In this document: piece by piece, positions 13,571 to 28,500 of the stretch | Layout: every line of letters begins with the position of its first letter | Position numbering within the stretch: the stretch's first letter is position 1 | NCBI RefSeq assembly: GCF_964355755.1 | Contig: NC_092673.1 | Location: forward strand, 4,836,001-4,900,000 | Direction: 5' to 3' | From: Antedon mediterranea | Taxonomy: Eukaryota > Animalia > Echinodermata | Length of the DNA: 64,000 bases | Position numbers and translations under genes: made by a program | The notes under the pieces: model-generated | The model's input: the letters and a program-made list of their open reading frames with translations, nothing else | What the model was told of the DNA's origin: nothing | The model's database searches: none

Positions 13571-15199
13571 AAAAAACGGGATCATGAAACACTAAAAAGC
13601 TTTTTACGGAAATAATAACAGATTAAATGTTTCCTTTGCATGTACTAACCAGCGTCATTATCAATTTAATTCTGTCGCTACAAAAATTAACATTTAATCT
13701 ACCATTCTTTTTTTTCAAAACCAATGTAAATGTTTGTGGAAAACAATAACGAAATAATAAAATGTGATTTTCCCGTTGGATTTTCTACCAAGTTAATAAA
13801 TTAAATTTTCTCAAAATATTGCAATGGTTACAGGCCAAAATAAAAAGAGTGGTGTAATTTATATATACTCGTATTTTGATCCTTTAACTTGGTGTATTTT
13901 AATTCTTAAAATTTTAAAATAAATGTACCTTTTGTTTATTATCTTTTGGTAACTACCATAAGGCATATCCCAGCAGAATTGCAACATAGGGAGTTGTGCT
14001 GAATGGGTTTGAATCCTATCCTTGTTGTACAGTACTACATTTTTTCAAAGTTAAAATTATAATTAACAGTTCAGACAGACGATAATAATAACAGACAAGG
14101 TATGTTTAAATTTCAGATATAATGACAATAAAACATTTATTAATAAATAAAAATACCTACACAGTTTAGTAGACAAAATCGCACATTAACAAAATACAAC
14201 ATTCACTCAAACAGTTTACAAATTACAATTATACTTTTCCAGTTGGTTCAACTTTTTTTTGGTCACATATTCTTCAAATAATCAATTAAAATCTCCTACA
14301 TAAACATATAATATATTTGTCTTTCCCAAACATATGGTTATTCTTTACTCCATTGGTTAATACGTAACCAGTTCAGAATTTAATGTTAAAATATATAAGT
14401 TTACACATATAGTAAATATCATTTTACCTGTAAAAGTTCATTATTTAAATAGGTTGAAATTGTCACTATGGTAGGTTTAAAATACTATAATATTCTTAAA
14501 GAGGGATACCCCAACCCTACTCGGGATACTAAAAAGGTAGGTCACTATAAAACAACATATACAGTATTACCATTTATTTATTTTTTAAAACAACTACATT
14601 ATAATAATACAGTAATATACTATCTGAATTAAACTTCTATTTTTGTATAATTAAAATGTATAAAAATCAGTAGATATTCTTAATCTACTTAAAAAGTTAA
14701 AATGACTATTATTGCACATTCACAGTTAAAATATATTTTACCAACACAGAACTAAATATTTAATTTAGTTATTACTGAATATGTTGCTCTCTGCATTAAT
14801 CACTACAATTCACTAAGTACTTCAAAGGTGGATACATATTTTTCAATAAATTGTAGGAAAATAGTATGTTTTTAGCATTTTACGATCCATTGCTTTCTAA
14901 TTCTGAATCTGTCCCTGTACATTTTAGTTAAAAGCACCATCAACGTTTAGAATACCTACACCTCAGGTGGTTACTTATGTCAGATTTTGTAGAATTCGTT
15001 ACACGCCCACAGGAAAATCATCCCACTCCATTAAAAAATGAATCTTCCTTCAGATTCAATGAGACATTGCACAATTTTAAAATAAATGTTACATCTTGGC
15101 ATTGAACTATTACTGATAAAATACAGGTATTTTTGTATACATTTTAAAGCTACATATAAAAAAAGGGGTTGGATTTAATACTAGTTTACTAGTTAGCTA

Positions 15200-15465
15200 C
15201 AGTAACTGTATTTTACTAGGTTCGTTAACTGTATTTTACTAGGTTAGTTACTTGTATTTCACTAGGTTAGTTAACTGTATTTTACTAGGTTAGATACCTG
15301 TATTTCACTAGGTTAGTTAACTGTATTTCACTAGGTTAGTTAGTTAACTGTATTTTACTAGGTTAGTTAGTTAACTGTATTTTACCAGGTTAGTTACCTG
15401 TATTTCACTAGGTTAGTTAGTTAACTGTAGTTTACTAGGTTAGTTACCTGTATTTTACTAGGTTT
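15200..15465. repeat. Minisatellite, ~23-28-bp unit (GTTAACTGTATTTTACTAGGTTA), in the probable BIN3 3' UTR
   Basis: About 10 tandem copies of CTGTATTT(T/C)ACTAGGTTAG with variable GTTA spacers, ~160 bp downstream of the BIN3 stop codon. Confidence 0.9.
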
Positions 15466-15625
15466 AGGTAACACACAAGTACAAGTGATGCAACTGGTGG
15501 TATTCTCTTATTTAAAGGTTACAAAGTAACAGGTTGGCTAGTCTAGGTTAATTATTACTAAACATTGCAAACTGGACTAGGACCAAAATACTGCCTTTGG
15601 TCACCGATTCAACATCAAATGGAGT

Positions 15626-18600
15626 TTAGTCATCTATAACAATTGACAGAGCACGGATATCAGATAACTTTTGCTGGAGTATAACTTCATATTTTTCATC
15701 GTCGATAACAGAGAACTCTTCTCCTTTCAGGTGGGCTGCTAGTTCAGCGTATATGTGGAAACATTCTGTGTAATAGTTGATCTGTGATTTGATAAGGGCT
15801 TCAAAGCATGGCTGAAAATATTCTATTCTACCATTAAAGAACTGAGGTAGCTCCTCCATTAGTTTATTGTGTTCTGATTCATAGTCTTCTCTTGCTGCAT
15901 TTAAAGCCTTCTTAGCCTGAGAAGTTAAACAAATTATATTACTGTATTCACTAGTGCTTATAATTGAGATTTGTTGAAATGAGTTGCTTTCTTTCTCCGG
16001 TCCGGCAAATAAAATATCATGTTTCGTTTTTCTCTATGCTCCACACAGCTATGCGCCAATCTCTTTACCAAATATGCGTAAAATACGCCAAACAAAAGGT
16101 TGATAATACTATAAGCATAATCTGGCGTAAACTTGACCAGAGCAGGTGTGAAAGGCCCTTTTAGATGTATTGCCCCCCAAAAATAAAAAAAAAAGACTTT
16201 GAATAGGCCATTTTGCAGTTTTAATCAAGTTAATCACTTCTGTAGAAAAATAAATAATGTTTCTACTATAAAAAAGACAAAATAAACGGTTAAATTCAAC
16301 CAAAAACGCATGGACTTCCAGTCAATTTGAATACTTTTTTGCTTTAAATTACAGTTTTTTAATAATAATTTTTTTTTCAATACAATTTTTGGTCAAAGTA
16401 ATAACTATTATGTGACATTAAAATGACATAATCAACAAGAAAAATATTTTTTCAGGGGGACAATATATCTTAAAATAGGTAAAATGAGGGCAGATTGGTT
16501 ATTTATATTCCTAAACTGATTGTGTTCCTGTAATATGACAGTTAAAGATTAATTAATAATAATTAAGGGGGAAGCATTAGTACCTGTTCAAATTTGACAA
16601 TGTTTGGACCTGTTCTTTCTTTTTCCTGATATTTCTCCATTTTTGCATGTGCTTTTCTATATTCTTGCAACAATTGTTCTCGTTTTCTTATGGCTGTATA
16701 CACACTAGGAAAAATACCACTAAACTTCTTCATGGGATCTATCATACAGTGCTGTGCATTTTCATTCTGAAACGAACAGGTACACAATAAAAAAAAGTAA
16801 TTTATTAGCACAGATATAGAATAGTATGAAATGATTGTATGTAAAGCACTTAGTGGTTCAAACTTGTTTGTCAAATTGTTCAAATCTGTTCCTTAAACAT
16901 TTAGCAACTTCTGATTCTCCGGTTCAAATGAATTACAAAGCATCCAGTACAATACACTATACAGGATTTAAATTTAACAATTGAAAATAACCAAATGGTG
17001 TTAGTTAAACCTGTCTTTATGAACACCACAATTGATTTAATCAAAGAATTTCAATAAAGGTATTATATCTAAGAAAAGTGGTCTAGGTACTTAGATAACC
17101 ACAAACAAAACGTGTTTACATTTTAAGAGCCTGTTCAGACTTTACAATTTACCCATGTAATGGTTGTGTGTGGTGTAAATTTTGAGATAAACTAATTAAA
17201 AAATGCAACTCATGAGGTGGATTTTTCAATTACACCTTAAACCGAAAGCTGATTTACCAGGAGCAACTTGACCTTAATAATAGTGTAAAAAGATGCATAA
17301 AATATAACCTTGCTGAGTAAATTTTTGTTGTGTAAATAGTTTGTCTGGTCAGTTCCAAGAGTAATTTAGGTTACACATGTAATTGAGTTTAAAGTCTGAA
17401 CACAGCCTAAGACTTACAAATTGTACCATGAATTCATCAACCCTTGATATACTAGAATACATCTCTTCAAATTCTTTAAAGTCATCCTCTGTGTTCAAGA
17501 GAGGGCTTGCAGCCAGGTTTTGTCCTATACGACACTGCAACTTAGACAACTGGGCCATACTGTCTATGCATTTCTTCATATCTTTATATAGTTTCTTGGT
17601 AGCTTCATCGAGCCTATGGTAAAAGAATACAGTTAAATACTTAGGGTGGTTTCGTACAGTAGCATTAAACTAGATGGCAACTGGGTAGTATAGGAATTGC
17701 TGTTTGAAAATTCTGTTAATCACTACACAGTAGAGAGGGGTAGGGTAGAATGACTGAAATGATAATTGTGGACAACATAATGACAAAACAACCGTTCTTA
17801 TGGTTATCTGCAGATGTTTACAAACCAACTTGTTGTGGACAGAGAAACAGGCACCACTTGGTGACAGCACTTAACACGAAGGGCATATAGGGGAGAAGAA
17901 AGTTGTGGTATATGTCGTCCACACTTGTGCACAGCCCAGTAGGCTGCAAGTCACAGGTTATTCTCCAATTTACATTAGTTTTTGAAAACAATAACTAGTC
18001 CAGTTATTATATGAAATAGATAGAAAGAAAAGAAATACAACATTATATTTTTACTCACACTTCAATTTTCTGTACTTCATCTTCAAATGCTTTTTCATCC
18101 TGAAAAAAAATCAGTGAATATTAAGAGAATACAATACGCTAAATTATATAGAAGATGAACATTTAATCATAATATAAAACACTTACTGTTTTGCTAATGA
18201 CAGCCTTCTTTGGAGTTGATAAGCGACTAAATGAAGAAAACCTTTAAAATTGAGAAGAAAACGATTTATTTAGATAATATAGCCTGTTTATTATTAAATA
18301 TTTAATTTTAAATTATAAAATAAGTCATTTGGACACCTGCTTAGAAACGTTTGATTGTTCTGTAATAAAAAAGAAAAAAACACACGGCCAATAGCCTATA
18401 GGGTATATAGATATCTATTACTACTACACAGTTGGACCATCATAAGCCTTGGCCTACTACTATACCCCACCCATCATCGGACCCATCCCAGCCCGGTTCA
18501 GGCAACTGGCACCGCAGGATTGATATGGTGAAGAGGCCTGGAGTTTGTTGTATTACTTGATAGCCTTATATCGTATATATAATTGTTTCTAATAGCTCCG

Positions 18601-18659
18601 TATTATGAATACTTGGAATGAAATGGGTATTTGTGAAACAAAAATACTCACCAGCTCAT
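15626..18659 (-). CDS. BIN3: Bridging integrator 3 (N-BAR domain protein), 6 exons, 257 aa
   Basis: Exons 18659-18652, 18241-18187, 18099-18059, 17613-17418, 16766-16584, 15916-15626 (774 nt, in frame, GT-AG). Protein MSWFSSF...PKKAVISKT...IDPMKKFSGIFPSVYTAIRKREQLLQEY...KYQEKERTGP...EELPQFFNGRIEYFQPCFEALIKSQ...KLSDIRALSIVIDD matches recalled BIN3 (MSW start, EKTGP, YFQPSFESLIRAQ, LRALSIVADD end). Confidence 0.95.
16163..16470. mobile_element. Non-autonomous TIR element, AGATGTATTGTCCC family (Kolobok-like), internally deleted copy
   Basis: Ends AGATGTATTGCCCCC.../...GGGGGACAATATATCT; internal sequence shared with 63820-64000 and 20205-20820. Confidence 0.6.
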
Positions 18660-19596
18660 TTTATATTAAGAAATATGTTGACATTTAATGACGGAAACTC
18701 CCTGTTTTTATCTAATAATACGCTTGATTGATCATCAATTTTGCTGCAGCGCCCTCATTAAACCAAATCCAAAGGAAGCAAACAGAGGGCGTTTTTATAA
18801 AAACCATGGCCACACTGTAAACAACAACAATTGTAAGAAATGTTTTTTGGCATTTAAAACAGTAAATTAATTTATTAGTAATTTAAGACAAAGATTTATA
18901 TATATGATCGTTCCTATTAATTAAATTTAAAATAAATAGCAGTAGGGCGGATATAATTAGCTAATAACTAGAAAGCTAGCCTCTCCCACTAGGCTAGCTA
19001 GCTAGGCTAGTTTGGTTGGTGGTCGGGCGGCCTCATTCATTCATCCTGTCACTCACTCTGTAGAGCTGAGTAGGCTACCTAACTAGAGAACGACCCTGGT
19101 CCTACCGCTGGTTATTAATTGGTGTGCACCACAGGTCACTGCCATACTGTATACTAGGACCAGGTCTGGAGTAGTACTAGTAGGCTAGTACAGTAATTGT
19201 ATATTTATAAAAGTAGGTAGTCCTACGTAGTGCTAGTTAGTGGGTTTACTAAAAGCCTAAATTACCCCCAAAAATGGTAAATTTCTAATATTTTTTTATA
19301 TAAATGAATTCCGCAATGAAATCCTTGTGCAGAATTTCAAATCATTAATCCGAATCCCACATAACATATGAATTACCCTATACTTTTGATAGTGATACCT
19401 TAATCGTAAAACATTTGAGGCTACTGGCACTGCACGTCTATGTGTTTCTTCAATTATTGTTTCAATGAATATGGTGTAGGAAGTAATAGGCCTAAATTCA
19501 ATCTAAAAAAGTATTTGAAAATATTTCAGTGCCTACTATTGTGTGATATCTTGAAATCCTCACAATTTGTTTTTATTTTAGAAATGAATTAAATCA
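18660..19596. promoter_or_regulatory. Putative bidirectional promoter region between BIN3 and TRPM
   Basis: The start codons of the divergent genes are separated by only 937 bp; GC-box-like GGGCGG at ~18945 and ~19025; possible TRPM 5' UTR donor at ~19277 and acceptor at 19581. Confidence 0.5.
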
Positions 19597-22500
19597 ATGA
19601 ATATGGACTTCTTGCATAAAAACAATGTGGTTCACCCATCAAGTGATGGTGTGTTAGTAAAACGGAATGTTAAGAAAAGTCTGCGAAAAGCGAATCATAG
19701 TACACGGGGTATTAGACGCAGAAGTCAAAGCAGTATTAACGTTCCTGAAGACAGCGAAACAGAATCTACTCACAGCGTTGTAGATATCCCAGAATTGGTA
19801 AGCACAGTGTTTTATGTGCATAGTAATGCACTTGTCAATTGTATGACCCACTATACGACCCCCGGGAGAGGTGCGTCATTTGTCCGATGTGCGTCATACC
19901 TTTGAATACCATGACGCACCGGTGCGTAAAAAATGTGACTTACCTTTAGGTGACCATGACGCACCCATTTTGACGCACTGTGACCATGTTGTTTATGATA
20001 TGGTGGGTGGTAAAGTGACGGACATTGACACACCTTGTTCATTGATGTGACGTACCATCTAGGTTTTTTGACGCACCCCTTATTTGTAAATGACGCACCC
20101 ATGACGCACCTCTCCCGGGGGTTGTATAGTGGGTCATACAATTGACAAGTGCATAATATTTATGCTTTATCAATTATAAATAGACAAAAGAAATTTTATT
20201 TTAAAGATGTATTGTCCCTTTGACTAATCCCAAAAAAATGTTTAAAAAAATATTTCGAAAAAAAGTGAATCATTTTGAAGTATCATAATAGTTATTAACT
20301 TTCACCAAAAATTAGTATAAAAAAATTATTTAACTCAAATACAGACGATTTTTTGTTCAAAAAATAACTTTAACTTCCAGTCAAAGTTTTCGATTAAAAC
20401 ATATGTCATTACGTAACACCCTTGTTTGGCTACTCTGTATGCATAATCATAAAATTTCCTCGAGATCTGTTTGAAAACACCTTCTCAACCATGACGAGTT
20501 GTAAACAATCCTAATTAGCATCATGCATAATGCATACTCGTGGTTTGAAATCTTTGTTTACTTTCGCTCGCGACAATTTTCCAGACGAAATGTAATTAAA
20601 TTAATTTACCTGTTAATTACGTAAACTTGTTGTTTTTGGCTCGAATTTTCGACTTAAAGTGAATAACTTTAATATTACTTTGTCTGGCAGACAATTTAAG
20701 TATTTTTTTTTTTTACATTACCGGTACATTTTTTTCAGGTAAATAATAATCCAATTTTTGGTCAAAATGAATAACTAATGTGACTTTAAACAAATATGTT
20801 TTCAGGAGGACAATATATTGTTAAGTAAAAAATAGTATTTTTATTTCAATTTTCTGTAGGAGAAAAATATTAAAAAGAGAAGTTGGATTGCCACGACATT
20901 TTTTAAGAAGGAGTGTGCAAGATATGTTCCACAAGCAGGGAACAAGGATAGAAAGTAAATGCAGATTTTTAATTTTTTAAATGAAGCATGGTATTTTTTC
21001 TGAGATAGATATAGATTTAAAGTACAGGTACTTCTCTAGCTTCTTTTAAAAACAGGGTTTTATTTACCAGTTTTAATATTAATGATAAGAATTTCATTTT
21101 GGGGAAAACCCTGTATTTTCACTGAAAAGTTACAATTCTTCCATTTGTTTTGGCCTTCATGATCGATTGAAAGTGTGAGAATCACAGAAGAAAAAGGAAA
21201 ATACCAATCCGCGCGCAATGCATGTTGGGTTTATAACGGGCCACTTAAATTATTAGAATCGTGACATTTTTAACTGTTTTCAAGACAAAATCAGTTATTG
21301 CAATAGGACCATATAGTATTTATTTTTACATTGTGACCTTAAATTAGATCTAAAAAAATGTAGGAAATGGGGCTTTAATAATTAAATTAATTGTAGAAAA
21401 CTAATTATTCATCCTTGTACTCACTTCTTTCAGATGCTGCTGTGGTAGGCTGAGGAATGAGCATATAGGAGAAGCAATACGCCCTCAAATGTGCACCAGC
21501 TCAACGCAGACAACAAGTGATCATAAAATTGCACTGCAACCTCAAGGAGACAACCTCAGCATACAGAGTGAATTTGATGTGAATGCTTGGGATGTACAGA
21601 GAGATGTCAAAAAGTTTCCAACAGATGCATTTGGGAAGATTGAGTTTTTAACTGGATTGGAATCATCATCTAGAGTTGCAAATGTGTGTAGTTTGTTGGC
21701 TTTGTTTGTATACTTGCCTGCCAAGTTCTTATATTCAAATTCTGATTCTAAAGCCTTGTCTACACTATCAAACTTTATGTGACAAAAAAATGTGATGTGC
21801 TCATATATGGACATGATGATGTCATATCACTACCATATCTGGGCACATCACTACCATATTTGAGTACATCACACTAAATTGATAGTGTAGGCAGAGCTTA
21901 ACATCAGTATAAATTGAAACATTTTTATTTGTTTCTTTGTTTAGTATGTTCGCATCTCTAACGATACCCACCCAAAACATGTACTGAATCTATTGTCAAA
22001 GCACTGGAAGATGCCTATTCCACATCTTGCTATTTCCGTAGCAGGTGGCACCAAGAACTTCATATTGAGCAAACAGGATCAAGATACATTTAACAGAGGA
22101 TTAGTCAAGGTAATTATGGTAGTCTTATAAGAACCTGGTTCCAAGGAGCACTCTTTTTACAGTGATTTCCATTTGTGATTATTCAGATCTCCAAAATGAC
22201 ATTCTCTATGGACAGGCACCACAAATTTCTCTGAACAGTTCCAAACTCACAGTTTGTTAATGTTTGCTAGTGTAGTCTAGGCTTAACAGGTCAATGTTTG
22301 TATATGTAAAACAACAGTATTGTAGTATTCTTACTTCTTACTTACTGTTGAAGTAAACCAAAATTTGATACCTGATATGGAATGCAGTTAAAATTAACTG
22401 ATTTGATTAACTGATTAACTTTTAGGCTGCACAAACTGTAGGTGCGTGGATAATTAGCACTGGAGTAAATTGCGGAGTTCACAAGGCAGTTGGCGAAGCA

Positions 22501-25500
22501 GTTAAAGAGGGTCAAGCGATGAGATGGATTTCAAACAGAGGTCAATCAAGAGCACCGATTCTCTGCCTTGGTGTTGCACCCTGGAGTTATGTAGAGAACT
22601 GGCAGTCACTTGTTGGTAAACAGGGAGAGGTACAGTACTGACTACATATCATATACCAAGCCCACACATTTTACACGGGTGTGAAAAACGCGTGACTCGC
22701 GTGTAATTAGGTACTAACAATACTGTCCATATTCACTCATGCATTACTGCATTGAGTAATTCAACTGCAGCGAACTGCATTTATAACTTGTTGATGTTTT
22801 GTTCATATATTATTATCATCAAACAGACAATAACTGGAATTACAGTACAGGATAACAGCATTTTATATAACAAAATATAGGCCTATTTGAAATAAAAAAT
22901 CGATTTATTTATCATAGTGCAATCATGGAGGTAAAAATTAACCTCCATGATGCAATTATGTCTGTGAATGTGATATAAAATACTATTAGTATTACTACCC
23001 TAGGCTAGTTAGTAGGCCTACTACACTACAGTACTACTATTCTAGGCCTAGTTTGCTTTCAGAGTTTGTTTATATATATTTTTAAGTTATATTTATTAAG
23101 TATTTGAGAAAACTCATTAAAAAAAACAAGGTAGAAAAGACCCATTAACAATATCTTTCAAAACACGATCGTCGCTGGTGGCCGAATGACGTACTTTCTG
23201 TACGCACCACGTTGTAGAGTTCATCCATTGAGTACACACAGTTGCTAGGCCAAATAATAACATAAAGGTTTTACCATTCCCCGTCGGGGAGGAAATAATT
23301 TATATAGTATTACAACGCCAGTATTGACATGCATGTATTTAGCGCGGTAACTAATGTACACCCCTGTTACGGACTGGACCATTAATCGCTCCACGAAACC
23401 ACGTTGGAGCGATCCTCCGAACACAGCCAGAGCGAGAGAGAAGCGAGGTCGAATAAATACAAGTTTTTACCATTTCCCGTCCAGGGAAAATCAGTTCTCT
23501 TATAATTACAGCCCTGATACCGTGCGCATATGTTTACGTTGATATTATTTAATTGCACACCTCATTTTGGACTGTGCCATTTTCGGAACCCTGTTTTGTT
23601 TTCATTATAAACATGGGCTGATGTCAGACAAATATCTGCTTTAAACGTCAATTTAGCAACTTATTAAGTCGTTTCATAAGCAGAGAATTTATAAAGCAAG
23701 TATACAATGCAGACATGTTAGATAGAAATATACTAAAAGACATTTAATAAACGTGTTGGAAGAACGTAATAATTTGACTTTCTACACCGAGCGGCGGAAA
23801 AACCCATTCACAGTTATGTACGGGAATCCTTATGTACTTGGCCTAAAACACTAGCTCTGTATTTTAATTTAAATATTTGGCTTACGGTTATGAAAATACA
23901 AGGAAACATCATTTTATAATATTACTATTATTAGGCTATTTATTGACCTAGGCACCTATTAAAGATCGCTAAATATGTTTTTTTGTGGAGGGGCTTAGGT
24001 ACAGTAGCTCTCTATTCTAGCCTAGCCTCCCTGCTGTTGTACACTTCTCGCTGTACGCCTCACATTATACTGTATAAAATAATACGACGTGAACTCTAAA
24101 CAAAACCCCGATGAAAAACAATTTACATGAATTCTATAAACTTTCTTATTTATTGTTTGCCTAACAATAGAGAAAAAAGAAACTTTGTTACATACAGTAA
24201 CGGGCAGGTTCAGATTACATAAATATGATGGTAGGCCTAAACAATAGAAACAGAACTGATATCCACGTGTGTGTTGTCGCGGGCGTCGTACCGGGAGTTC
24301 CATATTTTACCAGTAAAAAGCTACAAAGTGATGACGTCATGGTCCACACGGCAAATACAGGCACGCGGCAATTACACATATTTTACACGCGCGACAAACG
24401 CAGGTTATGGTACATGATTTGTAGTCAGTACTGTAAGATGCCAAGCCTCACATGAATCAAGGCAATCTAACAACAGGACATTGAGCTTGCCTTGACAAGA
24501 TATGAACTTGTAACAGTTCTTTGATCTTATGTCTGGCTGCGACAAATACCAACAGTACTGTACTATGTACATATTCTCAGTATCTGGTAAGGAGCATGTT
24601 GCAGCCACAGATAAACCCTTTGATCTCTGGAGCTCAACATCCTGTTGTTAAATTGCCTTGCATGAATACAGTTGAACCCCTCTTTTGGGAAACACTTTTC
24701 AGGGAACACCCTATTAAGAAACGAGGGAAAAATTATGTTTAATTTGCTGATAATATTTCATGTTAGTGTATTAACCTTAGAATTTATCTCTACATAATTT
24801 ATTAGAGATTTATATGATTTAAGTACAATGAGATATGATTTAAGTACGTATGTGATGGCTTGATTTAACAGGGTCTTTATCCAGCTCAATACAAAGTTAA
24901 CCCCATCATACAACGTGGGAAGCCAGTCTCGTTAGATCCACACCACACACACTTTCTTCTAATTGATGATGGTACCAGGATGTATGGATGCGACGTTGCC
25001 TTCAGAGCTAGGCTGGAAGAGACGATGAGAGCGCCAAAGTTTACTCAAAATGAAATGGGTAATTTAATTTTTTTGTAGTTTGTGTATAAGTTTATTGTAA
25101 AGCTCTGTCTACACTAAGAGAATGTGATGTGCCAATAGAATGTGATAAAATCTATCATTTGAACATTTTCACAGAGTCTGGTCTAGGTATTCCTGTGGTA
25201 AAGGTTTGCCTTGAGGGAGGTATGGACACAATCTTAGCTACAAGAGAAGCTGTTTTACTGAAAACTCCTGTTGTGTTTTGTGAAGGTACAGGCCGAGCAG
25301 CCGACTTGCTTGCATTTGCTAACAAGAATTGTGTCTCTATTGAGTAAGTTTTGACTTTCTCTAATAAAAACATATGTTCTGAATTACTGCTTGTTTAATA
25401 ATTCAATGTAAATTATCATTTTTAATTATTTTCATAGTGGTGTACGAAAACTAAAGCCTTCGTTGGAAAGTATAGTACATGATAGGATACACACTGTGTG

Positions 25501-28500
25501 TCGCATTAGTAAAGATCATCACATGATACCAAAACTAAAAGAAGCTATTGATGTTATTATGGAACACGAATCAATGGTAAGAAACATATTAATTATTCAA
25601 AATATTAATATTTATAACTTAATAGTATTCAAACACTTTATATTCTATATATTGAAACATTATCTCTTTTGTGAAACTCTGCTTCGATGCAACAAACATC
25701 TGCCAACCCTCAAAATCAACATGGAACAGTCTAAGTAGTTGACATACTGTACATAATCATTGGCAATCACACAAAAAAATGCCCTCAATATTCCGATATA
25801 TAAATAACGAAGACTTTAAATTCCAACCTCTCTATTAAAGCCCCTCTTTTTTGGATGAAATAAAATTCTTTGATTTATTATTCTTTTAAAGATTACCATT
25901 TTTAGTATGGATGCGGGGGAACAAGCCGATCTTGATTTAGCTGTACTCAAAGCTCTACTCAAAGGTAAATTAAATGTAATAGTTTTGATAATAATATTGT
26001 ACTAAAACACAGAAAACAGACCACTTGCATCTTCCATGTTAACAATCACAGTTCCTAATGAAAAAGAGCATTTTGTAACAATTACTGTATTCATTGCCAC
26101 TCACCATGGTAAATGTTATGTCACCTCACACAAGCTTTTACCAATTTCCACCCTCATCTTAAGGCCATCTCAGACAGCATCATACAACGAGGCCAGACGA
26201 GTCGTCTCGTCTGAAGAAAATTAAACATGTTTAAAGTTCTCCTGACGACCTAATAACTATTCATGACGCTATCTCAAGACGACCTGTCTTGTCAGGATTC
26301 AAATCAGACAGCATCGTACAACGAGGCCAGACGAGTCGTCTCGTCGGAAGAAAATTAAACATGTTTAAAGTTCTCTTGACAACCTAATAACTATGCTCGA
26401 CGCTATGTCAAGCGTTGGGCATAGTCGGGATTCAACTTAGACAACACTGACGAGTCAAAAAGTTTTGTCAGGCCTCGTTATACGACGCTGTCTGAGTTGG
26501 CCTTTTACAAAGAAGATCGCCCATCGAATTTCAATCCAGAGAACTCTCTATTTGTTAAAATGTGAGTGCCTACAGTACCCTTTAATGGATTTTATTCTGA
26601 TTTACAGTAAGTCCATGAATACTGTAGTATAAATCTTACCATCGGATAATTATTTTAGAAAACTAAACTACTCCATGTCTACTGATTATTATTCTGTTTT
26701 TTGATGTGTTCAATAAATTTTGTAGATCAATTTTCCGACAGGAAACTTTTGTCTTATGCATGTTTGTTCACTGTTTTCACTCATATCACTGTCATGCTCA
26801 TTTCCATGCTGTGAATTTTCCCTCCCGTCATGTTTCTAGGCCAGACTGCTTCCCCCACATCCCAGCTGAAGTTAGCTCTATCATGGGGCCGAGTAGATGT
26901 TGCTGAGAGCATGATTTTCAGTGGTATTAATGATTGGCCAGTAAGTACTAAAAACACTTTGCATGCATATTTACTATATTGTTTAATTATTAAAGGTAAA
27001 ACATGAAATCACACCATATTTTACTGGTTTTAACCATTACAACTATATTCAGTACAGTTCATATCTTGTTGTAAGCCTTGCATCATCAATCTTGTTTTAA
27101 CCTCAAACATTTAAAATTGATAAATCATATACTGTAGTACTATGTTTAAGAATATTTTACAGTATCCATGTGTCTCTACTGTCTACTGGAATTACCACAA
27201 GTTCTATGACTTCTATAAATCGATGTTAGAGAGTTTTTGATTTTAATTAATTCAACGTGTGTATGTGTTGATATGTGCTTCTTCACTAGATTCCTTGACA
27301 CAGGTCTTGTGGGTTCTACATGTAGGTCAAGACGAGAATCAACGACTCTTATGCATTTTGCAAATCGAAATATCCATAATTTTATTAAAAATCTTTTCTT
27401 AGGATATAGTTAACTGCTATCTTAAGCTCTGTCTACACTATTAAACTTAATGTGACAAACAAATGTGATGTGTTCATATATGGACATGATGATGTCATAT
27501 CACTACCATATTTAGGCATATCACTACCATATTTGGGCATATCACTACCATATTTGGGCACATCACTTTTTTTGTCAAACTAGTTTGATAGTGTAGACAG
27601 AGCTTTAAATTATATACTTTTTCATATTTGAATGCTGTAACTTTGATATTTCTGTAATTTTAGCCTGGTAGTCTTGACACCTTTGTGACTCAGGCTTTGA
27701 TGGAGAACAGAGTTGACTTCTTAGAACTGTTTCTAGAAAAGGGTGCAATCATGAAGGAATATCTGACAGTTTCCAGACTACGTGACCTTTATAACAAAGC
27801 CGAAACAAACAATTTTTTTCGCACGTTTATAGTGGACATAACTCGTGGTGAGGTAAGAATATAAATTATAAAAATCAAAAGGTCCACTAATTAATTACTT
27901 TTGACCCTGTATGGAGGTACTGTAGATCAATAACAAGTTCCTACTGGAGTGTTCTGTTCTCTATAAACAATTTGTGGTAGAACCAATCTTGTTAGTGTCA
28001 ATACAGTATGTAGGCCTCTTCAGATTCTTGTTTAATAAAAGAATGTGATTTTACTCTCTAAAAAAAATGTTTAATCTCTATAATTTCAGAGATTTTATGA
28101 TTATTACATCATCAATCAATTGTATGTTTGACATAGGAGCATCTGGGTGATGTCTCAACCAGAGGATGTTTAATGCATTGTTAATATTTCTTTTTTCAGT
28201 TAGCTGATCCGTTTTACCTGCATCATGTTCGAAAATTAATCCGTTCATTAATGGGAGCACATGAAGCACCTTTGTACAATCACGATCGCAACATTAGTGC
28301 AATTGGACCGGAGTGTAAAGCACTTGTAGCAATGTCAACATGCTTATCAGGTAATCAACAAAAATTGCCATCATTGTCCATGTTCATCATCATCATTTAT
28401 CATCAACTGTATTATCAATATCATTATCATATCATCTTTGTAATTTGTATTTCTTCATCAGCATTACAATGAACACTGATAATTTCTCTCTGTCCTTTTT

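Noticed and set aside
22633-24433. Autonomous transposase in the 1.8-kb element
   Set aside because: The longest ORFs are under 100 aa and show no DDE/D or HTH motif.
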